56,787 bases of DNA, from assembly GCA_031416315.1 (NCBI GenBank), contig JANOTL010000172.1:1-56787 (forward strand), given 5' to 3'. The position numbers and the translations under genes were made by a program. The stretch is from Pseudomonadota bacterium. Lineage in GTDB: Bacteria; Bdellovibrionota_B; Oligoflexia; Oligoflexales; CAIYRB01. The notes below the pieces were generated by a model. It was not told where the DNA came from and made no database searches. It saw only the letters and a list, made by a program, of their open reading frames with translations. Each line of letters opens with the position of its first letter. The first letter of the stretch is position 1. Shown piece by piece: positions 50,145 to 56,787 of this stretch.

Positions 50145-51158
50145 ATGCTCGCAAAAATGCCGTTGCTGTTGACCGCCCTTCTCTCGTCCACGAGCCTCCT
50201 CGCCGCTGGCGCGGCCCGCCGCGTCGAGTTCGTGCAGGAATTCAAGCCCGCCGCTCAGGACCTTGTCGAGTTATGGATTCCCACGCCCTTGGAGGACATC
50301 AGCTCGCAGAAGCTGATCTCCCGCGAGATGACCGGGAACGCGACCTCGGTGCGGCTGGCGACGCAAGCCGGCAACCCCGCGCCGTTCATCTATGCGCGCT
50401 GGGAGAAGGTGAAAGAGCCGACCCTAAAGATTGTGAACGTCGTCGAAGTAACGGACCGTGACGGCGTGGCCCCGGGGCCGAGCGAGGGTGACACCTACCT
50501 CGCCGCCTCCGCACACGTCCAGACCGACGGCATCGTCAAGGAGACGGCGGACAAAATCGTCGCGGGCATCACCGATCCGGACAAGAAGGCGAAAGCCATC
50601 TACGACTGGATCGTGGACAAGACGGCGCGTGACGCGACCGTGCGTGGTTGCGGCCTCGGTGACGTGAAGGCGACGCTTTCGACCGGCAGTCTGAAGGGCA
50701 AATGCGCCGACCTCAACTCGCTCTTCGTCGGGCTCGCGCGCGCGGCGGGGATCCCGGCGCGCGAGGTCTTCGGGCAGAGGGTCACGGCCTCGACCTTCTC
50801 CACGGCGCTCGGCAAGGAAGGCGACAACTCGAAGGCGCAGCATTGCCGCGCGGAGTACTACTCCGCGGCGAAAAACGGCTGGATGCCGGTCGATCCGGCC
50901 GACGTGCGCAAGTTCATCCTGGAAGAGAACCTGGCGCCGACCGACGCGAAGGTCACGGCGCTGCGCGAGAAGTTTTTCGGCTACTGGGAAGGCAGCTGGG
51001 TCGCGTTCAACTACGCGCGCGATTTCAAGCTCGAGGGCTACTCGCAGGACCGCCTCAACTACTTCATGTATCCACTGCTCGCCGCGGCGAAAGTGCGTCC
51101 GGACGGCGTCGAGCCGCAGGAAACCGGCTACGCGTTCCAGACCAAAGTTCTGCAGTAG
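50145..51158 (+). CDS. Secreted transglutaminase-like protein
   Basis: GCGLGD, GKCADLN (Cys), QHCRAE (His), W.PVDPAD (Asp). Confidence 0.9.
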   Translation: MLAKMPLLLTALLSSTSLLAAGAARRVEFVQEFKPAAQDLVELWIPTPLEDISSQKLISREMTGNATSVRLATQAGNPAPFIYARWEKVKEPTLKIVNVVEVTDRDGVAPGPSEGDTYLAASAHVQTDGIVKETADKIVAGITDPDKKAKAIYDWIVDKTARDATVRGCGLGDVKATLSTGSLKGKCADLNSLFVGLARAAGIPAREVFGQRVTASTFSTALGKEGDNSKAQHCRAEYYSAAKNGWMPVDPADVRKFILEENLAPTDAKVTALREKFFGYWEGSWVAFNYARDFKLEGYSQDRLNYFMYPLLAAAKVRPDGVEPQETGYAFQTKVLQ

Positions 51159-54100
51159 TCACTGCAGAAGGAAGCGCAGATCGTCCAGGCTCATCTTGCT
51201 CAGGGAAGCGTTGTCGGCATTGACGATGGCGTCGGCCAAGCCCCTTTTCGAGGCCTGGAGCTGGAGGATCTTCTCCTCGACCGTGCCGCGCGCGATCAGG
51301 CGGTAGGCGAAGACCGGGCGGGTTTGGCCGATACGATGAGCCCGGGCGATGGCTTGGGCCTCGACGGCCGGGTTCCACCACGGATCGAGGATGAAGCAGT
51401 AGTCGGCGGCGGTCAGGTTGAGGCCGACGCCGCCCGCCTTCAGGCTGATCAGGAACACCGGGATCGAGTCGTCGTCTTGAAAACGCCGGACGCGCCGCTC
51501 GCGGTCGCGCGTCTGGCCGTCTAAGTACTCGTAGCGGATGCCTTCGCGCTCGAGGCGGCTCTTCACGATCGCGAGGAGGCTCGTGAATTGGCTGAAGACG
51601 AGCGCGCGGTGCCCGGACTCGGTGACGTCGAGGAGGTGCTCGATCAAGGCCTCGAGCTTGGCGCTCGGGTCGGCGATCTTGCCGTCGTCTAGAAGCCCCG
51701 TGTGACAAGCGGCCTGGCGAAGGCGGAGCAGAGCCTCCAGCACGTGGAACTTGGATTTCTCCAGGCCCTCGGCCTCGACCTCGAGCATGAGGTTGGCCTG
51801 GTAATGCAAGCGCAGCTCGTCGTACTTCGTCCGCTGCTCGCCCTCGAGGTCGCAGAAGATGGTCTGCTCGGTGCGCTCCGGGAGGTCGGTGAGCACCTCT
51901 TCTTTCGTGCGGCGCAGGATGAAAGGGCGCAGCGCCTTCGCGATCAATTTGTGGCGCGAGTGATCCTGCGTGCTGCGGAGCTGTGACTTTCGAAACATGC
52001 TGGGCGTGAGCATGCCGGGGTTCAGGAACTCGAAGATCGAGACGAGATCCTCGACGCGGTTCTCGACCGGCGTGCCTGAGAGCGCGAGCCGGTGCTTCGC
52101 CTTCAGGACGCGCACGGCTTTCGCGGTCTGCGACTCGCGGTTTTTGATGTTCTGCGCCTCGTCGAGAATCACGTAGGCGAAGTCGACCTTGCGGAGGCGG
52201 GTGACGTCGCGGCGCACGTTGCCGTAGGTGGCGACCACGAGATCATGGCCGCCGACGGTGGTGCCGACCTTCAGATCGGGGCGGAACTTCGCCGCTTCCG
52301 CGATCCAGTTGTGGACCAGGCTCTTCGGGACGACGACCAGGGACGGGAGGCCGCCGGCGGGCGGCAAGGCGGCGAGCACCTGAATCGTTTTGCCGAGGCC
52401 CATGTCGTCGGCCAGGCAGCCGCCGAAGTCGAACTCGCGCAGGAAAAGAAGCCAGCCGAGCCCTTCGCGCTGATAGGGCCTGAGCTCGCCCTGGAAATAG
52501 GGCGGCGGCTCGGCGGCAGTGATGCCGGCGAAGCGCTCGAGCTTCGCCGCGAGGCCGGCGTAGACGGCGTCGGTCGTGACCGAGTCCATCTCGCAGAGCA
52601 GCATGTTCAAAAAAGAGAGCTGCGCCTTGTCGAAACGAAGATGATCGTCTTTGACACGGCCGAACTGCGACAGCGCCGAGAATCGCTGGAGCCAGGCGCT
52701 CGGCAGCATGCCGATCGAGCCGTCCGCCAGCTCGACGAAGGGCGACTTGGCGGCAATCGCCTCGAGGAGCGCCGGCAACTGCAGCGCTTGGTCCCCGAAC
52801 CTCAGATCGGCGTCGAGGTCGAACCAGTCGATGCCGGATTTCACGGTGACGCCGGTCACGGTGGGCGTGCGGACCCGGTGCCTCTCGATCTCGACGATCC
52901 AGCCGGAGGTCTCGAGACGCTCGACGAGCTCGATCAAAGCGTCGGCCGCGATGACCAGGGCGCCGGCGTGCTCGAGGAGCTCCCCCATGAAGCGACGCTC
53001 GGCGCGCGCGTCGCGCCGCAGGAGATGGCGCTCGCGGCCGAGCGGGATCAGGTCGCGCGGATCGCTGGCGTCGACGCGCCTTTCGCCGTAAGCGAAGGCC
53101 ACGTCGAGGCGCAGGGCGCCGCCTTTACCGATCGAAAGCGCGCTGCGGGCAAGGCGCAGGACGGGCTTCGGCATTTCTGCCTCCTCCGTCCACGAACGGC
53201 CCTCGCGCACGGCTTCCGCCGACCACTGGATCTGCGGCGATACCGAAAGCTGCAGGAGCTTCCCGATCAAGGCGTCGAGCTTGTCGTCGGGAACCGTGAG
53301 ACGCGGCCTCTTTTGCAGTAAGGCGAGCCATTGGAATTCGTCCGTCGAGCGCGGGCGCATCCAGGCGAGCGCGTCCTTGAAGATGACGAGGCCCGAAGGA
53401 AAGACGACCAGCGGCTCGTCGAGGCGCACGGCGAGACCGTCCTCGCGGCGCAGCCTGAGCGAGATCACCCAGTCGCGGCCGTTGGCGGCGCGGTCGACCC
53501 CGATCTCGTCGGTCCAAAGCCAAGTCTCGTCGATGGTCGCGGGCCGGATCTGGCGGCCGGTGACGGTCTGGCTGGCGACGGCGAGCTTGGCCTCGGAGGC
53601 GAGCGACTTCCAGCAAGAGGGCTCCATCGACGCCTCGAGCGCGACGGCCTCGAACTGCCGCTGCGGCCGGAAGTCGTCGCGGGCGTAGGAGCGGGCGTGC
53701 GCGGCCGTGGCAGGCTTGGCGGTGAGGAGGGTGCGGATGAAGCTGGAATGCTGGCTCGGAAGGCGCGAGACGAAGTCGTCGGTCGAGCAGGCCGCGGGCT
53801 TCCACATGCCCCAATCGCCATTCGGCTTGCGGCGGCGCTCCATGCAGTCGAGGTGAACGTGCTGACGAGCCAGCGTCTCCCCCGTATTGAGGACGAGCCA
53901 GCATTCGCGGTCCTCGTCCACGCCACGGGCCGAGCGGCGCTCGAGCTCCGCCGCGCTCGTCAGGTCGAGCTGCGCCATGAGGCTCTGCCAGTCCGGAGGC
54001 GGCGCGCGCTGCGGCAGCTGTCCCCGGCTGCGGGTGGCCCAAACCTCGCGCGTGGAGTCGGGGTCAGCTTCGTCCTGGTCGGCGTCGTCCGCGCCCTCGT

Positions 54101-54404
54101 CTTCACGGCAGAGCTCCGCGCCCCAGCCTTTCGCGTCGGCCGCGAGGAGGAGCGCCCACAGGTGCTTGCACGGGCTCACCTGGTGATAGGGACAGCTACA
54201 GCTCATCGCCAGGTCGGCGCCGTCACTGCCGAATTCGAGGCGCAGGCTGGCCGCCGCGGGCTCGAGCTCGACGACGCGCGCCGCGAGAAGCTCCGGCGTG
54301 TGCTCCAGGATCTCGACCGAGCCGCTGGTGAAAAAGTTCTCGCCGCGCCGTCGGGCACCGTCGGCAAAGTCTTTAAGACATCGATTTTGCAGGTTGTTCG
54401 AGAT
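51159..54404 (-). CDS. SWIM-finger SNF2/RapA-family helicase; putative ATC start at 54404 (first ATG 54206)
   Basis: CSC...CKH SWIM, DDMGLGKT, DEAQ, SGTP, KAGGVGLNL, RAHRIGQ. The open frame continues upstream through F....RRRG..FF..G.V.I. Confidence 0.92.
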   Translation of the reverse strand: MSNNLQNRCLKDFADGARRRGENFFTSGSVEILEHTPELLAARVVELEPAAASLRLEFGSDGADLAMSCSCPYHQVSPCKHLWALLLAADAKGWGAELCREDEGADDADQDEADPDSTREVWATRSRGQLPQRAPPPDWQSLMAQLDLTSAAELERRSARGVDEDRECWLVLNTGETLARQHVHLDCMERRRKPNGDWGMWKPAACSTDDFVSRLPSQHSSFIRTLLTAKPATAAHARSYARDDFRPQRQFEAVALEASMEPSCWKSLASEAKLAVASQTVTGRQIRPATIDETWLWTDEIGVDRAANGRDWVISLRLRREDGLAVRLDEPLVVFPSGLVIFKDALAWMRPRSTDEFQWLALLQKRPRLTVPDDKLDALIGKLLQLSVSPQIQWSAEAVREGRSWTEEAEMPKPVLRLARSALSIGKGGALRLDVAFAYGERRVDASDPRDLIPLGRERHLLRRDARAERRFMGELLEHAGALVIAADALIELVERLETSGWIVEIERHRVRTPTVTGVTVKSGIDWFDLDADLRFGDQALQLPALLEAIAAKSPFVELADGSIGMLPSAWLQRFSALSQFGRVKDDHLRFDKAQLSFLNMLLCEMDSVTTDAVYAGLAAKLERFAGITAAEPPPYFQGELRPYQREGLGWLLFLREFDFGGCLADDMGLGKTIQVLAALPPAGGLPSLVVVPKSLVHNWIAEAAKFRPDLKVGTTVGGHDLVVATYGNVRRDVTRLRKVDFAYVILDEAQNIKNRESQTAKAVRVLKAKHRLALSGTPVENRVEDLVSIFEFLNPGMLTPSMFRKSQLRSTQDHSRHKLIAKALRPFILRRTKEEVLTDLPERTEQTIFCDLEGEQRTKYDELRLHYQANLMLEVEAEGLEKSKFHVLEALLRLRQAACHTGLLDDGKIADPSAKLEALIEHLLDVTESGHRALVFSQFTSLLAIVKSRLEREGIRYEYLDGQTRDRERRVRRFQDDDSIPVFLISLKAGGVGLNLTAADYCFILDPWWNPAVEAQAIARAHRIGQTRPVFAYRLIARGTVEEKILQLQASKRGLADAIVNADNASLSKMSLDDLRFLLQ

Positions 54405-54434
54405 CGAGGCGCGCCTCCTCGCACGCGCCTGACC

Positions 54435-54680
54435 TTATACCGCGCTTTTGCCGCCGGCGCGTAGGGCTTCGCGCTCAATCTTTCCGAAGACGAGCCTGGC
54501 GGGCGCGACGGGAATGACGTCGGTGCCGCCGTTCGCGTCGAGGATCTCCGGGCGACCCAAGTAGTAGGCGTACGCTTGGCAGTCGTCGCAGAGACAGATG
54601 ATGCGCTTGCCCGTCGTGGGGGAAACGTCGTTGGCCAGGCCGCGAAGGGCACCGCATTTGCATTTGAGCGGGATGTTCAC
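54435..54680 (-). pseudogene. Truncated DUF6151/GFA-like Zn-binding protein
   Basis: LKCKCG, ICLCDDCQAY, LDANGGT. Ends after 81 aa without the second Cys cluster. Confidence 0.6.
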
Positions 54681-54714
54681 GCGGGAAAGGTAGCATAGGG
54701 GGCGGAGGCAAAGC

Positions 54715-56604
54715 ATGAAGAAGTGGGCCTGGGTCGTGGTGGCTTTGGTCGCCTTGGAAGGCATGTACGTCGCTGGGGCGCAGGCGTTTCTGCGGAGCGG
54801 GACGTTCCTGGGCCTCGTGAATCCCGAGGGCGAGGACGTGCGCGTGACGTTCGGCGCGGCGCGCTCTTATTTCCCGGGGCAGGTCCTCGTGCGCGATCTC
54901 GTGGTGTCGGGTGGCGACACGGGCGCGGCGTGGCGCGTGACGGCGCGGGAACTGCGCGGCTGGCTCCGGCTGGACGCGCTTCTGGACCAAAGGGTGAGGA
55001 TCGCGAGCGCGCGGGCCGAGGGCGTCGACTTGAGCTTGCGGTTGGCGAAGGAGAAGGCGGAGACGGGCAAAAGCGACGCGGAGAAATCGACGCCAAAGGC
55101 CGGATCAGGAGACCCGGCGCAGCCAGTGGCGACGCCGCGCACCGCGGAGTCGCCGCGAGCTGCGCCCGCCGATGACGCCACCGGAAACTGGGCCTTCGAC
55201 CTCACCCATCTGTCCCTCCGCGACGTCGGTGCGATCACGATCAACGAGCGCTCGATCCGCGGAAAGCTGGCCGTCGACGCGACCGTGCGCATCTCGCGCG
55301 CCGGCGCGCTGGCGGTCGAGGACGGAACGATCGAGCTGAGAGAGGCGCGCGTCGAGGGGGACGGCACCGAGCCGCTCGCGCGCGTGCGCAGCGCGCGGGC
55401 CAAGGTCGCGCTCGCATCCGTCGACGTCGATGCCCCTGCGACCGTCGTCGTCGCGGCCTTCGCCCTCGAGTTCAAGAGCGAGATCGAGATCATGCCGAAC
55501 GCCGTCGCGCGCCCCTTGATCGCCGCCGTCCCGTGGATCGAAATCGAGGACGAAGGCGGCACTTTACAGCTCGATCTAAAAGTCGTGAACGGCCGCGTCG
55601 TCGCCCCGAGCCAGCTCGAAGCGCGGTACCCGAAGATCGCGGCGACGATGTTCGGCCAGTCGGTCCGCGGCAGCGGCTCCTTGCGCCTCGCCACCATGCC
55701 CGAAGGCGAGGCGCTCGAGATCGTCCTCGCCTTCGGCGCCTACGACATCGTTCCGCGCGGCCGCAAGACCGCCGAGATCAAAGGCCAAGGGCTCACGATT
55801 CGCGCCGAGGGGCCGGCGCCCGAGGCCGGCAAAGAGCTCTTGCCGCAACTCTGGGTCGCCTCGCTCGCGATGCCCGAGGCCGAGGCGCAGGACCTCTCCT
55901 TCGTCACGCAGCTGCTTCCGAGCGGCACGGGCTTCAAGATGGAAGGCGGCAAGGGCGCGGTGGAGGCCCGCCTCGAAGGGATCGGCCTCGGCCGAGCGGG
56001 CCAAGGCGAGGTCAAGTTGCGTGGTAAAGGCGTCGCCGTCAGTTACGACGAAACGAAGTTCATCGGCGATCTCAGCGCGACGGTACGGCTCAGTCGCATC
56101 TCGCTCGACGAGCGCGCCCTCGCCGTCGACGGCAGCGAGCTCGGCCTGAAGAACGTGGCGACCAGCGGCGCGGTGCCGGAGAAAGATCGCGGCTGGTGGG
56201 GCGACGTCAAGGTGCCGAAGGGCCGCTTGCGTGTCGGCGAGAAGACGGCGCTCACCGCCGCCGTCGAGCTGAAGGGCAGAGACCTGCGGCCTCTCCTCGC
56301 GCTCTTCGAGGTCGGCGACGGTTTGCCGGATGCGGTGCGGCGTACGATCGAGCTCCACGGGCTCGCCGCGAAGGCGCACGTCGAGGCCGACGAAGACCGG
56401 ATGATCGTCCGCGATGCCGAGATGAGCGCTGAAGGCGTCGACGCGAAAGCGTGGTTTTCCCGAAAGGAGAAGAGCCGCGACGCGCGCGCGATCGTCACCG
56501 TGAAAGGCTTCGACGTGGGTCTCGCGCTGACCGGCAAGACCTCCGAGGTGAAGATCATCGGCGTCAAGAACTGGTACGAGAGCGTTGCCGCGCCGAAGCC
56601 CTGA
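54715..56604 (+). CDS. N-terminally anchored beta-rich protein (AsmA-like architecture)
   Basis: SD GGAGG, N-terminal TM, repetitive amphipathic beta strands. Confidence 0.65.
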   Translation: MKKWAWVVVALVALEGMYVAGAQAFLRSGTFLGLVNPEGEDVRVTFGAARSYFPGQVLVRDLVVSGGDTGAAWRVTARELRGWLRLDALLDQRVRIASARAEGVDLSLRLAKEKAETGKSDAEKSTPKAGSGDPAQPVATPRTAESPRAAPADDATGNWAFDLTHLSLRDVGAITINERSIRGKLAVDATVRISRAGALAVEDGTIELREARVEGDGTEPLARVRSARAKVALASVDVDAPATVVVAAFALEFKSEIEIMPNAVARPLIAAVPWIEIEDEGGTLQLDLKVVNGRVVAPSQLEARYPKIAATMFGQSVRGSGSLRLATMPEGEALEIVLAFGAYDIVPRGRKTAEIKGQGLTIRAEGPAPEAGKELLPQLWVASLAMPEAEAQDLSFVTQLLPSGTGFKMEGGKGAVEARLEGIGLGRAGQGEVKLRGKGVAVSYDETKFIGDLSATVRLSRISLDERALAVDGSELGLKNVATSGAVPEKDRGWWGDVKVPKGRLRVGEKTALTAAVELKGRDLRPLLALFEVGDGLPDAVRRTIELHGLAAKAHVEADEDRMIVRDAEMSAEGVDAKAWFSRKEKSRDARAIVTVKGFDVGLALTGKTSEVKIIGVKNWYESVAAPKP

Positions 56605-56746
56605 TCGCTTCGGGAAGCACCGTTCGATTGAAGCGGACGGGGTCGACGGCGGCTCTTTTCAAAGTACGATCCCGCTTTCGCAGGCGTCGACGGCGAGCTC
56701 AAGCGCTCGACCAGTTCAATGAAGTCAATTGCGTGTCGAATCCTCC

Positions 56747-56758
56747 GGGGGGGGGGGG
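56747..56758 (+). repeat. G12 homopolymer
   Basis: 12 consecutive G, 2 nt before an ATG at 56761 (ORF MAYLDHQGV runs off the window). Confidence 0.8.
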
Positions 56759-56787
56759 CCATGGCCTACCTGGACCATCAAGGGGTG

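Noticed and set aside
51159..54404. SNF2 helicase, RadD and exonuclease as a defence island
   Set aside because: They are dispersed, and there are no adjacent methylase, nuclease or effector genes. These are common housekeeping families.

Overview
High-GC (visually about two-thirds G+C), gene-dense chromosomal segment. The gene content (TIGR02147/DUF4423-type regulator, Bdellovibrio-type fibre N-terminus, many lipoproteins, STAS-Zn-ribbon and single-domain receiver proteins) suggests a Bdellovibrionota, probably Oligoflexia-like, bacterium; this is inference only. I found no rRNA, tRNA, CRISPR array, transposase, integrase or prophage. There are about 55 supportable CDS: DNA repair and helicases (5'-3' exonuclease, RadD, SWIM-SNF2), a split membrane SpeE-like pair, a TetR-OYE-GST stress operon, a complete phosphorelay, MltA, a TPPII-like S8 protease, a 252-triplet collagen fibre, a Tat GMC dehydrogenase, an ABC exporter and many secreted unknowns. 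No single clear-cut novel system is evident. The strongest unexplained signals are: two genes that appear to start at ATC behind a strong GGAGG; two pairs of back-to-back divergent sigma54 promoters; a symmetric -10 promoter serving two probably leaderless genes; a SpeE-like enzyme with a changed substrate motif; a Fur-boxed CxxCH protein; a nearly uncharged collagen rich in N-X-S/T sequons; and an ATLF-like lipoprotein lacking HExxH. All family calls are by eye, without database searches.
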